Shown here: positions 25,377 to 38,980 of the stretch, piece after piece
Layout: each line of letters starts with the position of its first letter
Numbering within the stretch: the first letter of the stretch is position 1
DNA from: Eledone cirrhosa
Taxonomy: Eukaryota
Assembly: GCA_964016885.1 (NCBI GenBank)
Contig: OZ024752.1
Location: 17,298,001-17,362,000, forward strand
DNA: 64,000 bases
Direction of reading: 5' to 3'
Notes under the pieces: generated by a model
What the model was told of the DNA's origin: nothing
What the model saw: only the letters and a program-made list of their open reading frames with translations
Databases searched by the model: none
Program-made: the position numbers and the translations under genes

Positions 25377-26351
25377 CTACATTTTAAATTTAAATTTATA
25401 TTTAAAAGTTGAGTTTAATCTATGTTTGCAGCAACTGAATAAATTTGTCCGTAGATTAAGGGAATTTTTAGATTTTAGTATAAAGAATATCTCCTCTGCG
25501 CAGAGGTCACATGTCTCAGAGGATGAATTAAAAGGAATCCCTCTTGAGACTATATTCCAAGCCGTCGAATATCTAACGTTATCTAGCTTAAGTTGCCAGA
25601 GTACGCCTGATAGTGCCGTTGAAGATTTTTTGCTTGGATCTGTGAAAGAATTCTTGTGGTTATTATAGCGAAGTTTAAATTCTGTCGATGTGGAACCGAC
25701 GTAGTTAAAAGAATTAGAATCAGTTTTAACATTACAATTGTATACTATATTTTTAACTAAGCAGTTGTTATTTAACGGACATTTAGATCTATCTCTACAG
25801 TTACATTTGTTAACTTGTATATTATTTATGCTATTATCACTAGGTTTTAAGTTCCTATTATTTATTCTATTAATATTTTGTGCTAAATTTTTGGTGGATG
25901 AGTAGGTTAATTTTATAGTATGTCTATTGAAAATTGAGTGATACCTATGTGTTCTAGGGAAGCGATTATCAAGAGCTTTAAAAAATAGTTTAGCGATGTG
26001 GGTTTTAATGTTTAGTGAGAAAGGGGGGGCAAACCAAATTATGTTCCTAGTTCTATTTCTTTTTTGGGCCTTGGAATTATTGTAATGCTTTCTATTATAG
26101 TTGTTAAGGTTGTTGCCGTAATTAAAATAGTTGTTATTTCGTTTAGTTTGTCTATCATTATCTATGTACATAATCTTATCAGTATATCCTGCTCTACCTA
26201 ACGCTTCATTGTAGTACTGGGCTTTTTCGTCGAAAATCTTTCTATTAGACGAGATTCTAGAGATACGTTTTTGAACAGAGTTTACTATAGTGTTTTTGAC
26301 AGATCTGGGGTGGTTAGAGTTAAAGCTGACATAGTTTAAGTTTTCATTCAA
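25377..26351 (-). mobile_element. 5'-truncated Penelope-like element (thumb end, linker, GIY-YIG)
   Basis: YVSFNSNHP, RNIIWFAPPFS, CNCR..CPL..CL, IVYNC..YVGST, RY.NH..SF, CDLC..E; abuts (TA)n. Confidence 0.9.
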
Positions 26352-26433
26352 CTTGTGAAAAGGATATATATATATATATATATATATAAATATATATATA
26401 TATAAAGGATATATATATATATATATATATAAA

Positions 26434-26482
<49 letters not shown>

Positions 26483-26865
26483 GAGAGAGAGAGAGAATAG
26501 AATTAGAATTTCGTATTTCTTTAGAAATACGAAATCCAAATATATATAAATATATATATATGAGTTCGGATATAGCTGGTGAAACAACCGGAACTCAGCT
26601 GTCGGGGTCCTGACTTTTCCTATTACCCATTCTACTAATCTAAGTATCGAGTACACTAGTACCTTATGGTCCACCTGGTTTCTCTAGCTTCACGCATAGC
26701 ACCAGTAATGTACTGGGGTAATTGTTGGCCTTCTGCCAAAACTAGAAACAATTATTGGAGGAAATTACACCCGGCAGCATCGAAATGGTTTAAGCATGCA
26801 CATATATGCGTATATATGTGTGTGTGTGAATATATATATATATTTTTTTTCTTTTTGAATATATA

Positions 26866-27578
26866 TCTATATATATATAAAGATGAAGTTTTCTGTATGT
26901 GTATGTGGACAATTTTTAATGAGGGCTCATATATTCTAAACCATTCATGCGATTTCTTTTAAATTTTTTACAGAGCTTCTCCTTGCACAAAACCTGTACA
27001 TGATCTACAAAGGCTTTCAAAAATCGATATTGGGACCTTTGGAGACATTAAAAAAGTTTCGGTTATTTGTGTGAATTTTCGAGATTACGTAAGACAAGAG
27101 TTATCTTTAAGTGAAGACAAGAGTTACCTTTCATAATTCGGCTCATTCGGATTTTAATTTACTCTTTGTACTTGAAACAAAAGCTACGCTTCCTTGAGAC
27201 TAACAATATCATTTTGTATATTTTACAACCAGCAATTTCTAACAGATTACTAAGTTAAGTTATAGATTTGACATTGTATAATTTATCATTTCAAGCTTGA
27301 TGTTCATACATTAAGTGATGACATAACTTTTATAATATTATGCTTTGTACATAATAGTGTCTATTATTCACTTCACTTCTCTATTTCATGATGCGCTTTT
27401 ACTGTTGTCAAAAAAGACACCGAGATCACATATTAATTATTTCGCTGGAATAGTGCCTAAGGTTTTCATGTTTACATAAAGTACGTTTTTCTTCTATGTA
27501 TGCAAATTTACTTTGTTTAGTTTAATGAGCTACATCGAAAGCTACTTGAACCGTCCAAAGGACGGGTAGTTTAACTAG
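26866..27578 (+). mobile_element. Non-autonomous Helitron
   Basis: A|TCTATATATATAT 5' end; 3' hairpin CCGTCC-aaa-GGACGG followed 9 nt later by CTAG|T. Confidence 0.8.
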
Positions 27579-28285
27579 TATAGAATAGAATTAGAATTTA
27601 GCTTCGAGCATAGCTGTATACAAATATGTATTTGAATTTCGTATTTCTAAAGAAATACGGTATGTTTATAACTAAACATTTACAAAAGCCGTAGCTTAAG
27701 TTTTTTGTTATACACGTACCGTATTTCTGGTTTCATTAGCTTCACCCATAGCTGTATACATACATGTATTGAAATGTATGTTTATCCATAAACGTACATA
27801 CATATGTATGGATAATAAACATACATATATATGTTTATCCCAAGTGTCTGCTTGGTAATCTGCTCAAAATAAATGTTTGGCTTATTTTATTATATGAGAA
27901 AATTCTTTCTTTTTCCAACACCACCACCTCCACCCTTCCATTACCATCATCGTCATCACCACCACCAACACCACTATCATTATCATCTTCGTCACCACTA
28001 CTGTCACTAGTACTACCGTAGCCACCAACCACAACCATTTCACTACATCTCACCCCTTTCTCCTGTTCCGATCTTAAACACAGACTGAAATCCATACCTT
28101 TCGCAAATCTTTCCCTCTCTCTATCTCTTTCCTTTTCTCTCCCATTCTCTTTCTCTCACTATATCTCCCCTACACTCTCTCTTCCATTCTCTCTCTGATA
28201 TTTTCTCTCTCCAACACTCCCTTTCTCTCGCAGACTATCTTTCCCTCTCGCTCTCTCATTCTCACCCTCTCATTCCATTTACCTC

Positions 28286-28730
28286 TAATGAGGAATCTGC
28301 AGATACTCCATCCTGACTATCCCTTCAGATTTATACCTGTGATTATTGGAACACTGGGATATGTTAGTAACTGCCTCAGTACAAATCTTGATAAGCTGGA
28401 CTTCACAGAACCAGAAAGAACACAATTAATTAGGAAATTACAAGTACAATCCATTAATAGAACAGTAAAAATATGTAAAACATTCCAAAAATTCTTCATG
28501 TAAATATTGCATGTACACATGTACAGATACAAAACATATGACCATGCACACATATAACTCAAAATATCTACATCCACACATACAATAACATCCATACCTA
28601 CACACACACACGCCTGCAGATATACATACATAACTACCTAGTTGATGTTGTGTAAATTCCAATGAAAGAATCTTGTATCTATGTCAGAAACCGACTCTCT
28701 ATTGGTAAAAATATATAAGAAATTATAAAA
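28286..28730 (+). mobile_element. R4-like RLE LINE 3' end fragment
   Basis: MRNLQILHPDY.FRFIPVIIG.LGYV matches the ORF at 18362-18841. Confidence 0.7.
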
Positions 28731-28734
28731 CCAG

Positions 28735-28802
<68 letters not shown>

Positions 28803-28838
28803 GTTGAAAATTGCAAACTTGACTGTCACCACATATTA

Positions 28839-28877
28839 TGAACCTGAAGATTGCGAAAGCATGAAAGTACTTGTTCA
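28839..28877 (+). ncRNA. Minimal type-I hammerhead ribozyme
   Basis: tgaac-CTGAAGA-t tgc gaaa gca t-GAAA g ta CTT-gttca. Stem I 5 bp, GNRA-capped stem II, palindromic AAGTACTT. Confidence 0.7.
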
Positions 28878-29052
28878 ATTAACACATGAAAGTACTTGTT
28901 CGATTAACACTTAGAATTTAATATTCTATCATACTATTTCTTTATAATACCATTATAAATTTTAAAGGATTGTAAATAAAACGAGTAAATCAGACAAAGT
29001 TGGAATTCCTCTTATTAATATAATCTTCTATACACAATCATACACACCCGTG

Positions 29053-29172
<120 letters not shown>

Positions 29173-29480
29173 TACATATGTATGAGACGTAGCTCCGTTT
29201 AATTGATTATTTGTCTAGTTAAGTGCTACGGGCTAAGAGGAAAGACTGGATACATTTTATCTTACTGATCCTCGGGGAGAATAGTCGGTATCATTTGTCT
29301 ATTATTTCTTCGAAGTTACATTTAAAACTTATAGATCAGTTTAAATGATTATTTATCTAATTGATTTCTACGGACTAGGGTGAAGAAAGATTGGGTGTAT
29401 TTTATCTAATAATTCTTCAAACTTACAATTTTATATATATATATATGTATATATATATACAAACGTACATACATACATAC

Positions 29481-29533
<53 letters not shown>

Positions 29534-29554
29534 GCACACGCACGCACACACACA

Positions 29555-29596
<42 letters not shown>

Positions 29597-29607
29597 ATGT
29601 ATATATA

Positions 29608-29640
29608 CTAGACCACCCGTGACCAGTTGGGTCACGTTCG
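29608..29640 (-). mobile_element. Helitron 3' terminus
   Basis: Hairpin CGTGACC/GGTCACG followed by CTAG|T on the minus strand. Confidence 0.55.
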
Positions 29641-29744
29641 TTTCAAAATATTTTTTAAATAATTAAAATATACACAGACATGTATATAATGTGAAATGCA
29701 ACTGGAAGGCCCATACATATATGCGTGTGTATATATATATATAG

Positions 29745-29885
29745 GAACAAGTAAGACCCCGACGGCTGAGCTCAAGCCGTTTCGACGGCTAATTCTGGAC
29801 TGTTCCTATTACCCACTCTACTACGCTAAGTATTGAGTACTTTGGTGCGTTATGGTCCACCTGGTTCCTTACCACTTTTCCTTCG

Positions 29886-29919
<34 letters not shown>

Positions 29920-30113
29920 ACTTAGGGAATAAATATAGTTACGCAACGCAACCATAGAGAAATCTTTACGTCATCAGGGAGTCTATTCTCAGCTAAGGAT
30001 TTCTCTATGGTTGCGTTGCGTAACTATATTTATTCCCTTACAGAAACTAATTAGTTGGAGTGAAAATTTTAGTAAGTAAGTTAATTTTAATAATTTTCTT
30101 ATTTTACGTCTTT
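29745..30113. mobile_element. Two adjacent miniature pLTR insertions in (TA)n, each with an inverted 5' segment and a broken hammerhead
   Basis: 29745-29885 is related to 26575-26685 (GAAAC ggct..agcc GTC on minus). 29917-30113 has 41-bp inverted arms and shares the HHR core of the 44.3-45.6 kb family. Confidence 0.65.
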
Positions 30114-31218
30114 CATATATATATATATATGAATAAAGTTAGTCCTTCATCAGTGATCTTCCAACCTTCATTGGTATTTCATCGCTTTATAGACCATATA
30201 CCTCCGGTTGGTGCGAGCAACGGCTAAAGAAAGTCGTTGGGACACGTAAATAAGGGGAACGAGCGAGACTGTAAACAAACAAAGATGGTAATGCAACGAA
30301 AAGTGAGGAAGAAAGAGTCAAGGCCCAGATTTCCATGAATATAAGTTCGGTGAAATCGTGAACGAGAGAGAATAAAGACCATCAAACCTAGTCGAAATGT
30401 GACCCAGGAAGGAATTTCGCACAGGTCAAACGGGAGGAAGAAGGAGTCTAGTCCCTTAATTCGGTGAACATAAGTTCTGTGAAATTATAGACAAGAGAGA
30501 AAAAAGGAACAACCAGCCTGGTCAAGCGTGCGCGAGAAAAGAATTACGCACAGGTGAAACGGGAGGAAGTAGGAGAGGTAGTAGCAGAGAGTGAGTGAGT
30601 GAAGGGCGATGAAGAGGCTAACAGAGAGAGTGACTGTTAGAGAGGGTAAAGGGAGGTGAAAGATACAGAGAAAGAGGAAGCAGTAAGAACGAATATATAT
30701 ATATATATATTGGTAAACGGAATAGAAAATGCTGACAAATTGTTCACAGTGGAAAATAGTTTAATTAGGAATAAATGAGAATTAGTAATTGTATTGGTTA
30801 GTATTCAGTTTTGGTTTTAAGTTTTACCGGTTGCGCATTTCTAAATGCTTTTCAAAAATAATTTTGAGATAGAGCGTCCGTGATGTTTGCTCCGATCTGA
30901 TTAGTTTTGGGAATTCTACCTGTTTTTATGTTAAAAAAGTGGCTCCAGCGCTATTAAAATTGGTTTTTGCGCCAATTCGTGTTGCAAAAATTCTTGTGGT
31001 CAAAACAATTTTGATTGGTCGGTAGAGGTCATGTGAATGTAAAAAATTGATTTTGCGCCAAGACTGAGAAATGACTCTTTCACAACAAATATGTGTGTGT
31101 GTGTGTATGTGTGTGTGTGTGTGTAGTTGTAGTAAAGTGTTCGTTGTTGTGATAATGGTTAGCAGGGATGTGTGTGCGAACCGCAGCCTGTTGACAGTTC
31201 AAATGCTTATTAAGACAC

Positions 31219-31296
<78 letters not shown>

Positions 31297-31476
31297 CAGA
31301 GTAATTCGTGGTAGAGGGATGGTCAGTAGGAATGTGTCTGTAAGTGAGTGGGGGATATTTTAACATGTTAAAAGATATTTTTCAGCTGTCTTATACGGAG
31401 AAGTGTGTGTGTGTGTGTGTGTATGTGTGTGTTTGTATATAAGTATCTTTGTATGTTAATGTACGCGTGTGTATGT

Positions 31477-31509
<33 letters not shown>

Positions 31510-31653
31510 AGAATGTGTGTGTGTGTGTGTGTGGGTGGACCAGTATTTTTTTCCTGGTAAAATGGTGTACATTATTCGATATTTTCAGTAAAATCGATTC
31601 TCTCAATAGAACATCAAAAACCTTAACAATAAAAGGTGTGAAATGATATTCAC

Positions 31654-31685
<32 letters not shown>

Positions 31686-31822
31686 TTCACTATATATATA
31701 TATATTTTTTTGTGTTGCACCATAGAACATGTGTGTTTACGTATGTCATTGTGTTTATATGTGGGTAGAGATGTGTGCTGATGTAGGTATGTATGTTGAC
31801 GTGTGTATGTTGTGGGTTCGTC

Positions 31823-32900
31823 TTAGGGAGAAGTGTTTAGACGGGGTCCGTATTTGTTAATAAAGTAAGATTCCTTGCTGATGCGCTGGGTGTGGGTGGC
31901 ATTATCTTTAAATTTGCAGAGGGGAAAGATTCTGAAGTTGGGATGATTTTGGGCGGCACAGGTATCAATGTGTTCACTCAGTGGTATTTTCCTGTATTCC
32001 CGTATTTTAATTTGGGATCTATGGACAGTCATGCGTTGGCGGAGGCTGTTTTTGGTCTGGCCTATGTATTGTTCTCGACAACCTGAGCAAGTTAATACAT
32101 ATATTAGATTTTCCAATGCACATGTGAAATTGTGTTTTACTATAAAACGTTGTCCTTCTTTGAAATAGAATTCCGAACCCTCTATTAGGTTGATGCAAAT
32201 GCCACAGTTGGGTCTATCGCATTTTTTTACTGTGGGTTTCGTTGTTGTGGTTGGCAGTACTTTGGCATGTGTTAGGATGTTTTTCATTGACTTAGATTGT
32301 CTTTTGCTCTTTATGATATCGTGTGTTCGTAGGATTTGGTTCATTCTATGGTCCTTTTTCAACACAGGGATGTTCTGGAGGATGGTGTCGAAGGCCTCAT
32401 TGTTGAGGGGGTTGTGTGTGGAACTTTTAGTTTCGGTTGATTTACTTTAGGGTGTCTAAGGTCCTGGGTACTGAGTTTTAGGGCACGTTGGAATCAATTG
32501 TCAATTAGTGATGCAGGGTAGTTCCTGCCTATGAGTGTGTCCTTTAGTTCTTGTAGCCGTAAGTAGCAGGTGTTTTTATTGGAGACTATAGTACAGATTC
32601 TCTTGGCTAAGTTGTAGGGAATATTAATTTTAACGTGTCTAGGGTGGCAAGAGTTGAAAGGAAGATATTGCTTGGAGTCTGTGGGCTTGTAGTATATGTC
32701 TGTTTCTATTTTTTGTTATGGATCTTAATGAGGATGTCGAGGAAGGGGAGTTGTTGATGGCTGTATTCCATCGTGAAGTTAATATTCGTGTTGAGCCCAT
32801 TTATAAGGGTGTAAAATTCTTTAAGTTTTTCGATGTTTTCGTGCCAAAGGATGAAGCAGTCATCTAGATATCGCTTCCAGGGGTTTGGGGATGTGCTGAA
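31823..32900 (-). mobile_element. Penelope-like element fragment (RT C-terminal half plus GIY-YIG), frameshifted
   Basis: WKRYLDDCF, INFTME, LPFLDI, YKPTD..YL.F.S.HP, NLIYVLTC..C..QYIGQT...R...H. Confidence 0.85.
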
Positions 32901-33516
32901 CAACTCCTAATCAACAAAACTGCGATGTCGGAGGTGCGACAACTTAGGAGGAATATGACTACAGTCTGGCTGGACTACAGGAAAGCTTTCGATTCTTTTC
33001 CCCACTCTTGGATGATAGAGGCCCTCCAACTTGCTAATGTCCCAGACATTATTGTCAGAGCCATAGAGAGGATGTCTTCTTCTTGGGCTACTATCCTAAG
33101 GTTAAAGACAGAGAGGGAGAACTCTATTTTCACTGATAAAATAAAATATTGCAGGGGTATATTTCAGGGGGACACTCTCTCTGTGATATTATTCATCTTG
33201 TTATTAAACCCCTTGTCCTTTCTGCTCAAGAACTGTGAGGGATACATCATTGGCTCACAGGAGGACAGAAATACGAACCTAACCCATAATTTCTTTGTGG
33301 ACGATCTGAAACTCTATGCCAAGAACATGGATGGGCTGAAGAAAAATCTTGACCTGGTTACAACGTTCTCAAAGGATATAGGAATGGAGTTTGGCCAAGA
33401 TAAATGCTCATACATGACTGTAAAGCGGGCAAAAACAACAACCCAATCTAGCAACATTGTCATCAATGGCCTGACTGTTTCACCGATATCTTATGAGGAC
33501 TGCTACAGATACCTGG
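32901..33516 (+). mobile_element. R4-like RT internal fragment
   Basis: QLLINK, WLDYRKAFDS, GIFQGDTLS, FFVDDLKL, YRYLG. Confidence 0.85.
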
Positions 33517-33960
33517 GGACAGAATTCATAGTTGGAGCATACACACTCACCAGGGTAGCATATCTTCCCTTGTCCAGCGGAAATCTCATGGGCATAAGAC
33601 GCTCACTAATCCCTACTGGGAACTCTTCTAATTTATTCACAAGTACAGTCTTAACAGCAAATCCTACCCCAGCCTCTCTTCTGGTTCCTTCATCTCTTCC
33701 TTTCCAGAAGAATGTATATTCTCCACAAAATTCCGTAAGATGACCATCTCCAGCTAACCTCGTCACAGATAAAGCCACGATGTCAAGATCGTAACGTCGA
33801 AGCTCCTTTGCAACAACAGCGGTCCTTCGTTCAGGACGCTCCAAAGAATCCCTGTCAAGCAGCGTCCGTACGTTCCAGCAGCCAAGACTAAATGCCCTGT
33901 TTGGCTCTATTACAATGGCACGATGACGAGCGGACCCAGGCTGTGATAACTTGGGGCCCC
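33517..33960 (-). mobile_element. RTE (BovB-like) APE endonuclease 5' fragment; related fragment at 52500-52990(-)
   Basis: WNVRTLLD..RPERRTA.VA.EL.RY..DIVALS.TR, YTFFW.G, GVGFAV, ERLM, SVYAPT. Confidence 0.85.
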
Positions 33961-34082
33961 TGCCCTTATTGCCAATGATCTTTTTTGTTCCAGAACCTAA
34001 ATTGCCAGTTATCTCTTTTACATTGTTCTGGAACATCATTGAATTGGAAAAAAAAAAAAAAAAAAAAAAAAAAGTAATAATA

Positions 34083-34126
<44 letters not shown>

Positions 34127-34254
34127 CGCTCCCGTAAGTTTTGAATTTTTAACATATTTAAATCATTTGTGAAATAACAACTCTTAGTACAAATGCTACG
34201 TAAAGCACCCGGCTTGAGCCCCAAAAAATTCGGACCCAAAATATATTGTTATAA

Positions 34255-34617
34255 GGCTCAAATATTCAAATATTCAACTTTGTATTGTACACTGTATATC
34301 CAAAAAAAAATGGCTATAAATGGAAGAAGAAGAACCCCCCCCTCCTCTCCTCTGGCTACACTATATAGGACAGCTAAACTCACCAACACCAGAAACTAGA
34401 TACACCGCCCACCCCATCATCTGTGTACACTAAACACAACAGCATTTTCACCTTCACCGCCACCGCTCACTACGGCCATCATTACCACCACTATCCCATC
34501 ACCGCCGCCACCACCCCTTGACTCCTTCACTGCTGCTGCCACCGCTACAGCACCATCACTACAGTAATACGGCTCAAATATTCAAATATTCAACTTTGTA
34601 TTGTACACTGTATATCC

Positions 34618-34648
<31 letters not shown>

Positions 34649-34912
34649 AAATGGCTATAAATGGAAGAAGAAGAACCCCCCCTCCTCTCCTCTGGCTACA
34701 CTATATAGGACAGCGAAACTCACCAACACCAGAAACTAGATACACCACCCACCCCATCATCTGTGTACACTAAACACAACAGCATTTTCACCTTCACCGC
34801 CACCGCTCACTACGGCCATCATTACCACCACTATCCCATCACCGCCGCCACCACCCCCTGACTCCTTCACTGCTGCTGCCACCGCTACAGCACCATCACT
34901 ACAGTAATACGG
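34255..34912. repeat. Recent tandem duplication (two ~0.32-kb copies)
   Basis: ggctcaaatattcaaatattc at 34255 and 34571; copies differ mainly in A-tract length. Confidence 0.9.
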
Positions 34913-35289
34913 TCGCATCACCGCCACCACTGCCTCGGTATCGACATCACCGCCACCACTGTCTCAGTATCGCCAACGCCGCTAGTCTCTGCTGGCTACC
35001 ACTTCCACATTATAGAATTCCTACTACTAACAAAGAGGAAGGCATCAAAATATATAGATAGACTCAAAAGAAAAAAGAAAAAACAAACAACAAAAGCAGC
35101 ACAGCAACAACAGTAAAAAACGAGAAAAACAGAGAAAAACAAAAACAAAAAAAGAAACCCCAAAAACGTAAAGAAAATAAGAATGAAGAGAGAAGCAGGC
35201 GGACGGACAGAGAAGAGGGGGGAAAAAGTAAAACTTAAAAAACAAAAACTAAGTCGGACATTCGAATACTACATTACAATGAAACTTAT

Positions 35290-38200
35290 GCTTATTCATT
35301 TTTGGGGCCCTTTCTGCCCGTGTGTTTGTTTGTTTATGTGTGTCCGTATACAGCGTGGTGATAATGCCACACAAGGGCCAAGTGGGATGGCGGATCCACA
35401 GATGGCTATGTAAACATACATTCGCCAATCCTCGATAAGAGTGTTTAAATATCGAACATAAACAGTTCGAATAACGGTGAAATGGAGACTAGAACGTCAT
35501 GTGACAGACTCTCACCCAACAGGTGCCCCCTGGCTCAGCAGCAGGAACCTGACTGTCAACCAAATACTGCTGATGTTGGAGGAAGGAGAAGAAGGAAAGG
35601 GGCCAGAACCAACTGGACGAAAGAATTGAATAGAACTGTTATGCAATGTTACCTGAAAAGTAACCCCAAGGAGAGGGGCTACAGGAGACGGATGCATAAC
35701 ATCTGGAACGAGATTGGTTTATTTAAATTAGATGAACAAAAATTGGCCGGGCAGGCTCGGGTAATAAGAACTAATGGATGGATAAGCGAGCTGGAACTGG
35801 AGGAACTGAGCAGAGAGAATGGCTTGGAGATGGCGGGTGTAGTATGCCAGACAAGCGAGCCAGTGGGAAATGAAGGTGAAGAGGCCCTGAGAACGGAGGA
35901 ACCACCCGAAGCAGACAATGATCTGAATACTGAGATAAATAATACCTGGAACAGAGATACGGCCACCGAGGAGATGAATGCTGACGGGCTAGGACAAGAT
36001 TCGGTTGACATCCTAAATTTAGTGGTAGATGAATTGAACAATGATAGTGGGAGACCTATGAACCTAAGATTTGTAGACAGGAAAAAGTTAAAAGAAACAA
36101 CAGCTAAGGTAAACAAAGTCATCCCATACCTTGAGGCGAGGAGCCTTCACCAGTGCAACAATATCCTCAAAGCAACAGCAAATACGGTGAGGAAACTACT
36201 TGGTATAAAAGCGAGAGGAAACAACAGACAAGAAAGAGCAGAGCCGTGGTGGAAGAAGCGACTGAGTGGGCAAATCGGGGAAATGAGAAATGACATAGGA
36301 AAGCTTGAGTCACTACTGAATGGGACACTAAAAAACATAGGCACTAAAAATAGACTGGAAATAAAATACAAAACTAGGAGGAAAAAGCTAAATATTATCA
36401 TAGAGGAACTGAAGCAACGCATTGTAGCAAAGAGTGCAAAAATCAGGCGATACGAGAACAGAGTCAGTCAGTATAAACAGAACCGCATGTTCGACAACAA
36501 CCAGAAGATGCTGTTTGGACAGCTTGAGGGGAAAGAAAGAGGCAACGACTTGATCCCTGGGGCGGAGCAAACTAAAACATTCTGGAGAGGAATATGGGAG
36601 CAGGATGTTAGACACAATGCCCAGGCAGGGTGGATTGAGACAGTACAGAGGGAGATCGGTGAGCAGGCACAACAACAAACTGATTTGAGTATCACAGTTG
36701 AAACTCTTAAGGGGCAAGCCAAAAAACTAACCAACTGGAAATCACCAGGCCCAGATGGTGTGCAGGGGTATTGGATTAAACATTTAACATCCCTCCACCC
36801 GAAGCTGACGGCCATGTTCAATGACTGCTTGGTGTCGGGTGAGGTGCCAGAGTGGTTGACAAAAGGTACCACAGTTCTGATAATGAAAGACCGAATCAAG
36901 GGTAATGATGTTACCAACTATAGACCTATCACATGTCTGTCCGTAATGTGGAAACTGTTGACGAGCATTGTGTCTGAGGAAATCTACCATCACCTCCACA
37001 CAAACAACTTGTTACCGGACGAACAGAAAGGATGCCGAAAGAAGTCACGTGGTACAAAGGACCAGTTACTTATTGATAAGATGGTAATGGGGAATTGCAG
37101 GAGGAGACACACTGATCTTGCCATGGGATGGATAGACTACAGAAAGGCATTTGACATGGTGCCTCATTCCTGGATCACCAAAAGCCTGGAGATCTTCAGG
37201 GTGGCAGATAACATCAGACAGTTGCTAGGCAGGAGTATGGGGTCCTGGGAGACAGAGTTGACATCAACTGGAGTATCCTTGGGAAGCGTGAAGATCAAGA
37301 GAGGTATCTTCCAGGGAGATAGCCTGTCCCCTCTGTTGTTTGTCCTTGCCCTGATGCCCTTGACCATTATGCTGCGAAAAGTGAGAGCAGGATACAAGTT
37401 GGGAAGGGGAGAGCTTACCATCAATCACCTCCTCTTCATGGACGATCTTAAGCTCTTCGGGAAAAGTGAGAAGGAGTTGGATGTGCTTGTTGACACTGTC
37501 CGTATTTTCAGCAGTGATATATGTATGCAGTTTGGTATTGGTAAATGTGGAGTCATTGTGATGAAGAGGGGTAGGTTGAGCAGAAGTAACGGGATCCAGA
37601 TACCAACAGGTGAGATGATAAAAAGGAAATTGACTCTGAGGAAGGATACAAGTATTTGGGCGTTCTGGAGGCTGATGGCATAAAGAACAAAAAAATGAAG
37701 GAATTGTTAAGAACTGAATACATTCGAAGAGTAAGGAGCGTATTGAAGTCACATCTGAACAGCAGAAATGCCATAAGCGCAGTAAATTCCCGAGCTGTGT
37801 CTATTATTAGGTACAGTGCGGGAATTCTGAGATGGAATGTTGCTGAACAAAAAGAAATGGATAGGAAGACTAGGAAGCTATTGACTATCTACAACATGTT
37901 CCACAAGAGGAGTGATGTCGATAGACTCTACCTAAGGAGATCTGAGGGTGGAAGAGGTCTTATCAGCATAGAGGACTGTGTTCAGATGGAGAAAAACAAC
38001 CTATACAAATACGTGACCTATAGTAAGGAGCCAATGCTCAGAACTGTACTGAAGGAGGGGACAGTAGGCCAGGGGATGTCCAAGGAGGAAATAACATCAA
38101 GGAGGAAGAGCAGCCTTAAGGGAAAATCCCTTCATAGTACCTTCTTTGAGAAAACTGAATTTAGAGATCCACAGACATGGAACTGGTTGAGAAGAGGAGA

Positions 38201-38980
38201 CCTCAAAAAGGCTACAGAAGGAATGATAATGGCTGCGCAGGAGCAGGCCCTCAAAACGAAGTGGTTGAAGCACCATATCTACAAGGAGGAGGCTAGCCCA
38301 CTGTGCAGGATCTGTGGAGAGAGAGAGGAGACTGTGGCTCACATTGTGTCCGAGTGTAAACACCTAGCCCAGACCCACTATAAGGGCTGGAGACACGATG
38401 TGATGGGCAGGGTGATCCACTGGCACCTGTGCAAAGTAAACAATTTACCACATTCTGAGAAATGGTATGAGCATAGGCCAGAGGCGGTGATGGAGAACAA
38501 TCATGTGAAGGTGCTGTGGGATTTTAGGATACAGACGGACAAAAAACTGGAACACAATAGACCTGACCTGGTGGTTGTGGACAAAGAAAAAAGAACGTGT
38601 CTGATTGTGGATGTGGCCTGCCCGTTCGACACGAGAGTGCAAGAGAAGGAGAGGGAGAAAATTAACCGATACCAGGACCTAAAGTGGGAGGTGAAAAGGA
38701 TTTGGAACTGCCATGAAGTCAAAGTGATCCCGATTGTCATAGGCGCACTGGGGACTATCTCCAAAAGTTTCCAGGGATGGTTAAAGAAAATCGGCCCCTT
38801 CACGCTTTTTGGAACGCTTCAAAAGGCATGCTTGCTTGGAACAGCAAGAACCCTCCGATACGTCCTGAATATCTGAGGCTGCAGGTAGTGGCTTGATATT
38901 CAATCCAACGGACTTTCCAGTTAACCAACATCAATGACTGAGATTCAAGGAATAACAACAACAATAATAATAATAATAAT
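35290..38980 (+). mobile_element. Near full-length R4/Dong-like RLE LINE (copy 2); 5' boundary approximate
   Basis: Single long ORF with N-terminal W..E.N...M.CY motif, RT, CCHC and RLE; (AAC)3(AAT)6 tail. Confidence 0.9.
35482..38876 (+). pseudogene. R4-like polyprotein (RT + CCHC + RLE) with one frameshift at the A5 run, 37620-37624
   Basis: WKSPGPDG, YRPITCL, EQKG, WIDYRKAFD, QGDSLSP, FMDDLKL. Adding one A restores MIKKEIDSEEGYKYLG and joins the two ORFs. Confidence 0.9.

Noticed and set aside
32880-33960. Novel chimeric PLE-R4-RTE element
   Set aside because: Three unrelated fragments in alternating orientation; best explained by nested insertion and deletion.
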